A DNA stretch of 63,172 bases, the filler included, from Collodictyon triciliatum (taxonomy: Eukaryota), in NCBI GenBank assembly GCA_043381765.1. It is 6 parts of 5 records of this genome, joined end to end, with 100 filler letters (N's around TTAATTAATTAA, not from the genome) between each part and the next. Parts side by side here need not be neighbours in the genome. Positions count along the whole stretch, not along the records: positions 28,645 to 42,666 come from JBHJMP010001884.1; positions 42,767 to 56,778 come from JBHJMP010001885.1; 4 more parts are not named here. One strand, 5' to 3'. The position numbers and the translations under genes are program-made. The notes under the pieces were generated by a model. The model saw only the letters and a program-made list of their open reading frames with translations. It was not told the DNA's origin and made no database searches. Below, piece after piece: positions 31,801-46,000 of the stretch. How positions within the stretch are numbered: the first letter of the stretch is position 1; every line of letters begins with the position of its first letter.

Positions 31801-32976
31801 CTCGATCGTTTGATCGAAACCGGAAATGTCGAAGCGGTTTTTTTACTCGGACTGCTGAAATGTGAAGGATGTGATTTTGTCCACAAGGACGCGGACGTTG
31901 GATGGAAATTGATATATGACGCAGCGTTGAGAGGACATATTGAGGCGCGATTGCATGTTGTCCGAAATATGCCCATACATGTATATGATTCTTCCATTGC
32001 TGATGTTGATGCCAAGTTGGTTGACGATTGGAGACTTTCCTGTCAAGAGCAAAACCAATTTGTGTCTGTTGGACCCAAAGCCGAGACACTATTTTTGGAG
32101 TCTACCAGCGGTGAAATATCAGGTCTGGGACTTGCAAAGAGTCTTTATGATCAAGCACGTCTGCGCTTCATCCGAAACCGATATAGAGGAGACAGTGCCG
32201 TCGCTGAGTACCTGATAAAGTCCGCTCGCAAAAACACAGACATGTCTCTGCCACTCCAGCCAGAGGATATTACCCACTCAGTAAAGAGACTCTTTGAATG
32301 TGCAGTTTTAGAAGTCCTCCGGTCCAATTTCCCACGTGCGGAGGCCCTTTTGATTTACAGCCTCTGCTGTGACACACCAACTCCCTATCAGTATCTTCTC
32401 CTGCGCGTGGTTTATCTTTACACCTACCCGGACTTGTTAGCCGGACACAACATTAGCATATCAGATCTATTCATATCCTACGCCCAACAATGCAGTCCAT
32501 TTGTAAAGTCCGTTTCTTCTAATGCTGCCTACTGGGATATGAGGATGCAGCCTGGCGCTCGGCAAGTGTTGCGTCTGCTTCAGATTGACTACAGCTTGCT
32601 TGTGGAAGGAACCGCATCGGCAGAGGAAGCAATCGACACATACAATAGATATATTGATGAAAATAACCCACTAACGCCTCATGCCCAGTTCCAGGTGTAC
32701 ACAACTCAGGTGAGTCTGCAAGACGCAGATACCATCGACCATCACTCACTCATCGCGCTTCTCCGCTGCATCACCAACAGCGGCCACACAGCCGCCAGAA
32801 ACAAAATCACACACCATTCTCTCAAGCTACGCACGAAAAACCTGCCTCCTCAACTGCGCTCTTTGTCTCACTTTATCATCACCAACACGCCTGCGCAACG
32901 AGAATCTTCGAATCGGCTGATTCTTGCCAAGCCAGCCCCGTCATTAGACGCGCCCAAGGAGACACAAGCAGCCTGA
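28894..32976 (+). CDS. Sel1-like repeat protein, 1360 aa, intronless
   Basis: AINELGNRYFHGKGVKQSSKKAVSLYKQAA, ACENLANCLYHGEGVEKN..A..LYEKAA and further SLR motifs in a single long ORF. Confidence 0.85.
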   Translation: MDPPLTELAATNPTVSFGSAQSNPGSTPSFSFGSAQPNPGSTTSFSFGSAQPNPGSSQLSFDSTQPTNTIARFGSESGEPNTETKAFPSSSAQPGSKENIHPSNTEEDSQIKKYSIFDFYAVIFSKNCTQNLGEVDDIVHSLSLSPNYISICCALDTKKTYGLLLVEAIENLFVRRYERAHFLLAYAISRNTESPFGWYALLQLYLECPSLIPQPRNTDPFIFVVSLIQACSSSSQVYDAIFFEEAVGNYCSNFRDGRQQKLLAFQQCYNIFVRNFNPQNTQNYDLTVHVRSSENIPCFMYLLATESLASSNMGRRSNAKNFYETAAGLGHASAQYEVWSTDEHQSFFRGSSTFDFLVSSARNGHPYALYSLGVYYISSQDDKSLHEVGKKLIKASCNLGFDQARLADYLCQDLENDLLYISEGYMKLLNELAENGSTEAINELGNRYFHGKGVKQSSKKAVSLYKQAADRHHPKACENLANCLYHGEGVEKNEEIALPLYEKAANAGIYYSALALYLHYMKKANTPEVLHARAKWCNAASELSRSNKEKDPIVEFVAPPPSQGHSLSQSSTISYARKPIKWLSLPFARSVCIDFIYKESFRLILKHAIEGDISSKYMVIHNAKMYPCDIDAQLLYQFEQDVRRSSYIYRIVDLTVEILKGDGNAIELFEEFFRAVSESNTQQHPLICTIIQRNRNALLNLLQNRVQMINFIKMASLVGLSNIPWDSLIELAQNQGRNIPPISAESLLEILRLLYHARCTEQTIDKDRFNSLFVTLMDTLPFDKKDQPFIISQIKTGIDVQLQILERVELKISDLEDGDSGIGKSIETMVNQEYTGVSLFMGKYKLKSLLFPEKQSGEAILTKLAKKQNIQALEMLCEYYDSPDGYKHPTKALEYLKNIHDLMKTNSGYNFALGKRLYEGDVFKPDTREGIKLIQIACDQMNTSAILYYSQILLLNKQHKETGALGLHLLDRLIETGNVEAVFLLGLLKCEGCDFVHKDADVGWKLIYDAALRGHIEARLHVVRNMPIHVYDSSIADVDAKLVDDWRLSCQEQNQFVSVGPKAETLFLESTSGEISGLGLAKSLYDQARLRFIRNRYRGDSAVAEYLIKSARKNTDMSLPLQPEDITHSVKRLFECAVLEVLRSNFPRAEALLIYSLCCDTPTPYQYLLLRVVYLYTYPDLLAGHNISISDLFISYAQQCSPFVKSVSSNAAYWDMRMQPGARQVLRLLQIDYSLLVEGTASAEEAIDTYNRYIDENNPLTPHAQFQVYTTQVSLQDADTIDHHSLIALLRCITNSGHTAARNKITHHSLKLRTKNLPPQLRSLSHFIITNTPAQRESSNRLILAKPAPSLDAPKETQAA
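28939..29091 (+). repeat. 45-bp coding tandem repeat (SFGSAQPNPGSTxSF) x3 plus one degenerate copy
   Basis: Units start at 28939, 28984, 29029 and 29071. Confidence 0.9.
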
Positions 32977-33204
32977 TTATGACGGGCAAGCATGCCAAAT
33001 AAAGAATTCTGATTGGGCATCACGATCCGCTCGCTGTTCTGGTTGCGGCGCACTTCTTTGCCCGTCATTCCCGCTCGGGGTCAAACACAGCTAGCTCGTG
33101 TTGTATTTATTTATCGGTTTGTTTATCCGTTTGTCTGTTTATTTACTTCTTTATGTTCCTTAGTTGATTCCTCCCTTTTCACGTTTGTGTTGGGTGCAGC
33201 TTCC

Positions 33205-33450
33205 TTTTTCTTTTTCTTTTCTTTTCTTTTTTTTCTTTTTCTTTTTCTTTTTCTTTTCTTTTTCTTTTTCTTTTTCTTTTTTCTTTTTCTTTTTCTTTTT
33301 TCTTTTTCTTTTTCTTTTTCTTTTTTCTTTTTCTTTTTTCTTTTCTTTTTTCTTTTTTCTTTTTTCTTTTCTTTTTCTTTTCTTTTTTCTTTTCTTTTTC
33401 TTTTTCTTGTTTCTTGTTTCTTTTTTCTTTTTTCTTTTTCTTGTTTCTTT
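33205..33450. repeat. (TTTTTC)n pyrimidine tract
   Basis: Direct inspection. Confidence 0.9.
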
Positions 33451-33720
33451 TTGTAGGCAATCAGAAAGTTTCCACCCAAAAAGTTGTTAGTGTCAATATT
33501 TGTTGCGAGGCTGCAGGTTGGCAGAACTCCCATCATTGTTGCCATTAATTTTGTTTATAAAATAAAATAAAACACAAAAAAACACAAAAAAAACACAAAA
33601 AAAACACAAAAAAAAACACAAAAAATACAAAAAACACAAAACAAAACAAAACAAAACAAAACAACCAAATATTGAACTAAATTAAATTATTAGCACATAT
33701 ATTTCATCGCTAGAAAATTT

Positions 33721-35612
33721 ATGAATCCCTCGCCTGGTGACCAAGAAAACGCCCAAGAAAACGCTCAAGAAAACACGCATGAAAACACGCATGAAAACAC
33801 GCGTGAAGACATACAAATAATCAATCAGAGCCAAGCGGAGCAGATGTTTTATCCCATCTCTCAACCGCAGCATCCAACCCCATATCCGTTTGTCGAGTCC
33901 ACATACTTTGATTACACATGCCCGCCTTTCTTTATGGGCACACCTGTGGCATTTGCCCCGCAGATGATTCCCCAATGTTTGATGCCTCCGCTTTATTTCG
34001 TTCCACAGCAGATGGCTTCGCCGGTCATGGGCTTTCACTACGCTCATGTGCAGCCCATCATAAGCTCTCCATCTATTGATGGCTTTTCTGCCGTGATGGC
34101 TTCCTTTGAAGGCCACACAGGAGATCACTACCCATCCCACACTATGAATGAGCCCACCGGCGGAGATGAATGTGAAAAAAGTGAGGAAAATAGTGGAAAT
34201 GATGTTAATGATGGCAAATGTGGTAATGAAGATGTGGCTGACCCTGTTACTCGTTCTCAATGCGCCTCATCGAAGCCCGGTTTCGTGGATATGGCAGATG
34301 GCCATGTGAATGATTTACCCATCGCAACAAAAGTAATCGAGTCGGGAACTTGTAGCGATTCTGACTGGGCGTCGATTCCACCGTCAGCTTCAGATGCTGT
34401 TGAGACGTATCCTGACTCGTTGCTTCACGAACTGGACCCAAAAGACGCCTTTGAAGAAGGTGAAAATAATCATTTTGGGGACGAGAATGATTCTGAAGAG
34501 AGCAAAATAAGGTTTCTTTGCTTGAATGTGACCTTCATATTATTTTTCAGAAGAAGAAAAAAATGACAGATTTTTTTATATAGTGATTAAAAATGTTTCT
34601 TTTGCTTCTTTTGTTTCTTTTATTTCTTTTGTTTCTTTTTTATCTCTTGCTTCTTTTGTTTCTTTTGTTTCTTTTGCTTCTGAAGAGAAAGATGAAACTT
34701 TATGGAAGGCTGCTTTTTTAAGTTCCTTGAGGATAATGTTAGTCTACATGGGCGAATGAAGGTGTCTTTGTCTTAACTAAAATACTTTTCTTCTCTGCAG
34801 AGGACAAACACACACCGCAGATTCATTGCAAGAACATGTTTGCCGGAAGCGTGCGTTGGACCAACAAAACTCTGAATCCAAAACGAAGCAACGAGATAAA
34901 CGGAATCAGCAGCACTCCGATAGAAATCACGATGAACAAATACCATGTGCCAGGAGAGAAAATGGAGATGACTCTCGAATTCATGCCTTGTGCGATGAAG
35001 CCAATGGCCGTAGTGATGAAAATGATGGCAATGATGACTACCAATCAGAGCGTAACACATCAGATGATATCTGTGATGCATTCCGCATCGCTGGAATACC
35101 GATTCGAGACTATTGTGAAGAATATTCAGAGTGTGGCGACGAATTCAGACAGACCCTGCTCGATAGTGACCATGACAACAAGTATATTATGGACAAGGAC
35201 AATACTCTGAAAGATATCGGCAATAATGATGCCAGAAATGGCGGTGACTCTGGCGATGAAGATGCACGAGACGGCACTATTGACGAGGAGGATCCGTGGG
35301 ACTTGGGCAAGCTTTCTCATGAAGAGCTTGAGCGTCTTTGGTTTCTTGTTCAACGGACAAACCAAGGACTCGATATCAACACTGCAGCGGAGTATGACGC
35401 CACAAGGGCTGCCGCACTCGAAAGACTGTCAAAGAGTCGAGAGAGTCACGCTAGCGACAATCACAGAAACACTCGACACGATGATAATGGAGGTGAAAAG
35501 AATCCTGCTTCTGTTTGTGCAAAAGAGGGTGAACACCGCCCAGAATCAAATTGCAGGGTTGCCAGAAGACATTCTTTCTGATTCTGAGCGGAAACGTATG
35601 CTTTCCTCGTAA
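33721..35612 (+). CDS. Unknown acidic, low-complexity protein (multi-exon, possibly frameshifted near 35440)
   Basis: ORFs 33721-34566 and 34826-35581 separated by an intron-like T-rich tract; 12-bp repeats (QENA/HENT) at 33742-33806; no family recognised. Confidence 0.35.
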
Positions 35613-36472
35613 ATACTCTCTTCATTCCACCTTCTTTGTGGTCGGCCTATACCCTTTTTTCGTCTACAAAGTCGAAGAGAAGGAATGATGGAGTTGATTA
35701 TGCGAGCCTCTTTTTTTTTCAGAAAATTCATGTTTCCTTCTCATATCTTTATTACCTGTTTTTTTTTTATTATTATTATTATTCTTTTTTTTCACGAATA
35801 TCTTCTGGTTCCTCTACCAAGATTATGTCTTTCCATTCCGTGCAATGTATCACCACCACTTTTATTCTATCGAGGCAGTCACATTGTAGCCTGTTTCAAG
35901 CATCACAAAAATATTAAACTAAAAAATATATGATGTTGACCCATCCAACCACCAACACCAGCAGAGTCGTATTGGGAAGTATTATTCTTATTCTTTGATA
36001 TCAATAAATCCGATGTCGGTAAAGAAAAGATAAACCCAGGCGCGCGATAGGAAAGGAACGACAAGACACAATACCCTTCACTGGCGAATAATATGTTTGG
36101 TACGGAGCAGAGAGATATAAAATAGATATGTGCGATCGCTTAGTCGACTGATTCCAACACGAAATCTGCTATTGTTTGATTTCCACTCGAGTAAAGAGCG
36201 CTGACTCTATCAAAGAACTGTACTTGCATGGATTAACCACCACAAATCCACCAAGCGAACGGAAACAATGTCACCAACATAATTGCTTCGTCTTATTTCT
36301 TCATAAATGCTCATCGCCACTACCATCGAAATTCGTCTCCTTTTTTTTTTCTTTGCTTTATTGGTTGAAATGGTTTGTTTTTATTGTTGTTGTTGTTGTT
36401 TTTGTTTTTTTTTTGGTTGATTGATTGACGGGTTGTGACTCACGGGAACATTTGGCGACACAAGCTGCGCGT

Positions 36473-37153
36473 TTATTTTGCTCCGGGGTGCTTGAGGAAG
36501 TAGGCAACGGCGTCTTTGACAGAGACAATCGACTCCGAATCCTGGTCGGGGATTTCGACGGCAAACTCGTCCTCAAAGAGCATCACGACCTCAACAACGT
36601 CCAAGCTGAGCAGAAGTGTGCGGCAAAAGAGAGAGGGAGGGAGGGAGGGAGGGAGGAAAATACGGGTTAAATAACGTGAATAAAAAATACAAGATAAAAA
36701 GTTTCTAAGTTGGAAAATGAGTGCTGGAGTGGACACTCTCAGAGAATGTACAAAGATTAACGCCCGTGTGGCACGAGCCCTCACGGCAGAAAGAGATAAC
36801 ACTATCGACACTCTGTAAGCATCCCTCATACAGAATGACAGAAGTATGATAATTAAATAAACAGAAAAGCGTTTGGTAGCAAAGGAAAAGGGGGCAGCTA
36901 GAAGACGGTGCCAGTGTGGGGAAGCGGCAAACCTGTCGAGCCCGAGGTCGTTTGCAAAGTGGGAGGTGGCGCTGACTTTGTCCGGGTTGACCTTGTGGAA
37001 CTTTTTGACGACGGCAACAACGCGGTCAGTGACGTCCTTTTCGGAAAGGTGGGCGGCGCCGGCGTATAAGCGTGCGAAGGCTGCTGATTGGTTGACGCAG
37101 GTTGTGGTGAGGCTGCGCTGAAGGACGGAGCGGAACGGCTGGAGAAGGCTCAT
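36473..37153 (-). CDS. ACP: Mitochondrial acyl carrier protein (NDUFAB1-type); exons 37153-36933, 36605-36473
   Basis: Presequence, then [31 protein letters not shown] once the 327-nt GT-AG intron is removed. Confidence 0.95.
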   Translation of the reverse strand: MSLLQPFRSVLQRSLTTTCVNQSAAFARLYAGAAHLSEKDVTDRVVAVVKKFHKVNPDKVSATSHFANDLGLDRFAASPHWHRLLAAPFSFATKRFSVYLIIILLSFCMRDAYRVSIVLSLSAVRARATRALIFVHSLRVSTPALIFQLRNFLSCIFYSRYLTRIFLPPSLPPSLFCRTLLLSLDVVEVVMLFEDEFAVEIPDQDSESIVSVKDAVAYFLKHPGAK

Positions 37154-39000
37154 TGTGTCTGTTTCTGTTTTTTGTTTTAGCTTTTGTTTCTATTTTTGTT
37201 TCTGTTTCTTTCCTGTTTCTTTCCTGTTTCTGTTTCTCTTTCTGCTTCTGCTTTTTGTTGGGTGAGTTGGTGAGGCATGGAAAGAGCACGAAAATTGTAT
37301 TATCTCTGCTTAGAATAGAGAAGCTGTGGTGGAACGGTACGTTTGGTCTTATGTTTTGGTTTGTTCCAGCTTCCTTCCATCTATTTTTTTCTTTTTTTGT
37401 TATTGAAAAGGTTGGAGAGTGGACTGAGACGAGTAAGAGAAGACGACGCTGAGGGAAAGGTGTGGAGTTAGTTGCAGAAGATACTTTACGACTCAAGTTT
37501 AGAAATTGATTGCGTCTTTGCCCTCGTTCGATCCAAGAATTCAGTGAGTGCGTCTAGGATATTCTTCCAGATTCAATTCACTCCGTCTCTTTGTTTTGGT
37601 CCTCTTTTCCTGCCCAGCGTCTGTTGTTGCGTTTCTCTCCTTTCAATCCAGCGATCGACGAGGCTGAGAGGCTTCTTGTTGGACTTTGGTTTGGCTTTGA
37701 TTCTGATTCATCTCGTGGTTTGGTGGCGAAAGGGAAAAAAATAATAGCGGTGGGATAGTGGATGTAGCGTGGTCACTATTTCGTAGCCGGATTCTTGTTA
37801 TGGAAAAGAGACGACTGCTGGCGTGGGGCCCCACCGTGCGCGTAATGATGCTTTATGATATGGGTTGATGTCGATAGCACATTTATGGAATTTAATATTT
37901 CATGTATTATTTTCTTTCTTTTTGCCGCATAAAAGACACGAGTCGAATGAAAATATAGACAGTATATCAAATATTAATCATAATAACTTTAATTAATCAC
38001 TAAGCCTTTTATACACAATTTTTGCCTGATTGATCACTCTCCTACCCAGCTGAATTAATCAAAACCAAAAAACCAAAAAACCAAAAAACCAAAAAAAACA
38101 AGAAAACAAGAAAAAAAAACCATATACTGCCCCCTCACAGCTGCTACTGACTTGAAGACCTGTTTATTATTTAAATTCAATAATTTATCAACATTCAAGC
38201 TTTGATCATAATAATTCTTGTACGGAAATAATTTGATGAGGTATTAATGCAAACTATTATATTTTTGTATGAGAGTGCACCCACTGGCCTTTTAAACACA
38301 AATCAAATTACCAAAATAGATTCATGTTAAACTTTAATTCAAAAAAGTAGCGATCATATGTTTTTATGACACTTTATATTTGTTAACAAAGGTTGAATAT
38401 CAAAAGTAAAACAACAGCTGCGCTGATACTTGATTCATTTACTTTTTTTTTACTGATGGCAATATTTTAACCCAATTTTTTTTAGATAAATCGATATTTT
38501 CATAAGATTTTGCACACTTTTCTAATCAAATAAAATTTTGCGTCAAATCTTTGGAGTTTCATTAAAAAGAAAACGTTTGCTTCTCTCACTTCGAATCAAT
38601 GTTGTACATTACTTCAAACAGGGAGAAAAGCGTGAACGCTATTTAAGGCATATTTAAACTTAATTGAACAGTTTTGAAGAAATTTGCTTACTCGTAAATC
38701 GAAAAAAAAAGTGATACTAACGCTTTTTCTCATATTTCTGTATTTTTTTTGTTAGTTATAATCAACGAAATTTTATTTCATTTTTATTGGGTCGATTATT
38801 GGGTCGATTATTGGGTCGATTGCTATGCCATATTGTTCCCAAAATACAATACATTTTCATAATATATTCAAGGCATGCCAAGATGTAAGCTGTCTCTGTG
38901 ACTATATCTCCCAGTTAAATACGTATATGAAAACTCTCACAATATCGAAAATTTGTGCTCGTCCTATCGGCTTAGTTATTACATATACATCGAAATATTC

Positions 39001-39114
39001 GAATAATTGAATAATTGAATAATTGAATAATTGAATAATTGAATAATTGAATAATTGAATAATTGAATAATTGAATAATTGAATAATTGAATAATTGAAT
39101 AATTGAATAATTGA
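39001..39114. repeat. (GAATAATT)n 8-bp satellite
   Basis: About 14 perfect units. Confidence 0.95.
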
Positions 39115-39322
39115 AGCATATTTTAATTTAATGACGAAAATATATATTAAAGACCAAAAATTTGAATAGTTGATTAAATAATGAATGATTTTAATCCAAA
39201 AGAAATGCAATAGAACGATTATAAACCAACCATACTGAATCACCTACAAGAAATAAATACATCTTGATATTGGATACTGATGACTTTATTTTTCTTTACA
39301 AAATATTGCAAGATAGTGATAT

Positions 39323-42519
<3,197 letters not shown>

Positions 42520-42561
42520 GTAAGTCTCATATACTGTTATATTTCTACGTCCTTTCATTTA

Positions 42562-42666
42562 CCTGTTCCTGTTCCTGTTCCTGTTCCTGTTCCTGTTCCT
42601 GTTCCTGTTCCTGTTCCTGTTCCTGTTCCTGTTCCTGTTCCTGTTCCTGTTCCTGTTCCTGTTCCT
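42562..42666. repeat. (CCTGTT)n microsatellite at scaffold end
   Basis: Direct inspection. Confidence 0.95.
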
Positions 42667-42766
42667 NNNNNNNNNNNNNNNNNNNNNNNNNNNNNNNNNN
42701 NNNNNNNNNNTTAATTAATTAANNNNNNNNNNNNNNNNNNNNNNNNNNNNNNNNNNNNNNNNNNNN
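42667..42766. other. Artificial scaffold spacer
   Basis: N44-TTAATTAATTAA-N44. Confidence 0.95.
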
Positions 42767-43064
42767 ACATACATACATACATACATACATACATACATAC
42801 ATACATACATACATACATACATACATACATACATACATACATACACACATACACACATACACACAACTTATTGCACGAAAAATAAACGCACAAAATACGC
42901 GTGTTGCGTAGCAAGTTGCTACTCCTATGTGTGAAAACACAATTGCTCAAGAGCGTTGTTGGTGGGAATGTGCAGATAAGGCCGACAAAGGAATACCTGA
43001 ACCGAAGAGACAGAAAAATCTTCCCGGCACAGACACCGAGGCCCATCCATCAGGAGTTCGACTT

Positions 43065-46000
43065 ATGGCAGAACTAACAACCGAAGCCAGTGCCCAAAAC
43101 TCACCTGGTTTGCCGAATCTTTCAAACCTCCTTTAAAGTCGTAATCAGTCTGTATATCTCCCTCCCGCTATGTTCGAATGATGAGTTTTCCCCTCTTCAA
43201 AACACTCTGACATTAAAAAAAAAACACACTTCCCAACGTTTCATATGAACTCGTCAAAATCTCTTTAGGCGTTTATGCATGGGGTTGTGCAAATGATGGC
43301 GTCTTAGGGATTCCACATATCACTTGCGATCAGTACTCCCCAGTGCTTCTCCAAATCCCCCAAAACAAAAGGATCGTGCAGGCCTCCACAGGATGCAGCC
43401 ATTCCGTTCTAGTAACAGGTAAAACACAACCTCAGGAAGCATTTGCAGCGCCATGAAAATCACATATATCTCACCAAACTAAATCTTATACACGTTTCTC
43501 TCAGAAACTGGAGAGCTATTGACATTTGGATATGGAGAAGCTGTGGGTAGAAAAGAATTACAAAATGAGATCCAAATTGTGGAAGGCTTTGAAGTCAAGA
43601 AGGTGGCTTTCGCTGCGGCTGGCAACACATCAACATTTGTAGTGACAAGTATTTTGCTTATTCTAACTGCAAACTCCCATCCTTAAACTCACACCCCAGT
43701 TCGGGTTCATACCTAACATTTACAATAACGGAGCCCCTTTGTTGCCCTTCATGAGGGCTCGCTGTATCCATTAGACTACCCCTTTCCTTTATACATATTA
43801 ATCTGCGCAATACCATTCAGACGAAAATTTTGTTTATTCGGCAGGACAAAATGACTTTGGTATATTCATATCACCTCAATTCAACCCATAGTTTCCTATT
43901 TTATTTCTTTATGTCATTTATATCATACTGTTCTATTTAAAACCATGAGCTCGGTTTCACCATACTTGTTACTTTTTACTAAACAGGCGAGTTGGGCTCT
44001 GAAGATATGAATACACGTCCAACATTTCGTCCTGCACGCTCAATTAAAGACCTTCCCATTGTTTGTGAAATTGCATGCGGTTCTCACCACGCTGCACTAA
44101 GGACAAGTTAGATTTCAACAAAATGTGATAAAATGGTGTTATTGTAAACATAATCCAAACCTTGCAATAAGTCAGGCATCATCCCATTGGGCATGCATGA
44201 AATAAAACAAATGTAATTAACATATCAAACTCATGAATTCCATTTTGATTTGTAGTATCTGGAGATGTATACACTTGGGGACAGGGAACCTATGGACAAA
44301 TCGGTTCTGGGTCGACTGAAAGTTCACTGCAGTTGAATCTAATCACCCGTCTTTTCGGAAAGGCCATTGTTAAAATCGCTGTTGGCGATGCGCATACTTT
44401 GGCTCTCACTATAAATGGAGAAGTGTATTCATGGGGAAGAGGTTTGATACTTCCTCAATTCAAGTCAAAATGCACTTATGGAGATGAAATAATTCAATCA
44501 TACATTAATTATGCTTACAGTTGTCCTAAGCAATCAATTAACCATTTCGTACATCGCTTTTTTTTTAACCAACTTACAATGTAGATAAATACGGACAGCT
44601 TGGCTGTGGAAAGGGCCAACAAAACAGACTGACTATTAGCCAAGTAAAAGTAAGTGTTTTTTTTCCCCCCTTTATTCAATTCAAAGAAGTAAAAGTAAGT
44701 GTTCAAGTATTTATCAGTTCGTGAGTTCTATTTTAAATTAAATCATGGAATATATACACTTATATACTATAAACGATATACCGATCAAAACGAGAGGGAC
44801 ATACCACCCAACGCTGGTTTGAATAGCAAATAATTATACACTCTTTGTATAGGGACTTTCTCATGTGAAGATTGTGGATATTGGGTGTGGTAGCGACCAT
44901 TCGGTCCTGCTTTCGGGTAACTCATCTTGTATTTCAATTTCTCTGGCTGAAATGATAAGAAAAAATAACCTCATTACATAGCATAGCTACACTGCTAGAA
45001 TCTGTGAGTCACTCTCTAGGATGATTCAATACGTTTGTACCTTAGAAACAGGCCGTGTGTACACATTCGGGTGCGGGCAAAATGGGCAACTGGGTCTTGC
45101 AGGGTTCGAAAATCAGTCATATCCCACAGTTGTAGATGGACCACTTGTACGCGAAGTGGTGACCCAAATATCTTGTGGCCGTGCGCATACGATAGCAGTC
45201 ACAAGTAAGCTAATCCCTTCCAAATTTCAGCATTATTTATTTTCTTTTACAATTATTGCCTCCATTCACTATTTAATTGAAGTTGTCAATCGGTATAGTC
45301 AAAATTTAATCAGAAAAAAAATGAAAATAGGTGAGAATCGTGTTTACGTGTGGGGCTCCAACGAATACGGCCAATTATGTCTTCCTCGTGAGGTCTGAAA
45401 CATGCGACAAGGACTAACCTCTTCTTTTTCTAAAGATGCTAATATATTAATTTATTACCAATTTGTATTGTATTTATGACACATCAATACAACTTTAGAT
45501 TAAGAACCAACCTGTTCCAGCACTCTCTGAGTCCATCAAATTTGGTGGCAACTATTTTAAGATTATTTGTGGCCCATCTGCGGACCATGTCTTGGGTAGC
45601 CATGTCTTTATAAGCGCATATCATTTTATTGTATTCACCATCAACTATACAAGTTTTCCTTTATTCTAATTGGGCGCGTCCACTCGTAGCTTTGGTTAAT
45701 GAGAAGGCCAACGAACCTAATGGGCCTCAAAGACTATTCACAAAACTAACCGAGCAACTCTACAGTATGCTTTATTATATTCCCCCATTTTCCTTTTTAA
45801 TCTATTGCTATACAGTGATCTTCAAACCTAATTTGACTGAATAACGAAGCTCACAATGTCGGAGAAAATCCGCATTTTGGAGTGCTCGACTGGGACTTTT
45901 TCGATAGCTTGGTTTCGAATGCACGTAGGACTGGAGTATACGATAGATTAATCAAATACGTTCGACACATTTTCTCTCATCCAAATGTGTTCCTTTCTAG

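Noticed and set aside
36606..36932. In-frame insert next to the ACP active Ser as a possible intein
   Set aside because: No N-terminal Cys/Ser and no C-terminal His-Asn; boundaries are canonical GT-AG.
39001..39114. Regular arrays as possible CRISPR or telomeric repeats
   Set aside because: No spacers, eukaryotic context, internal positions and many different motifs: simple satellites.
43730..43761. GAGCCC...GGGCTC hairpin in a HERC intron sharing TGAGGGCTCG with the ACP intron
   Set aside because: Short stem and a 10-nt match, compatible with chance in 63 kb.
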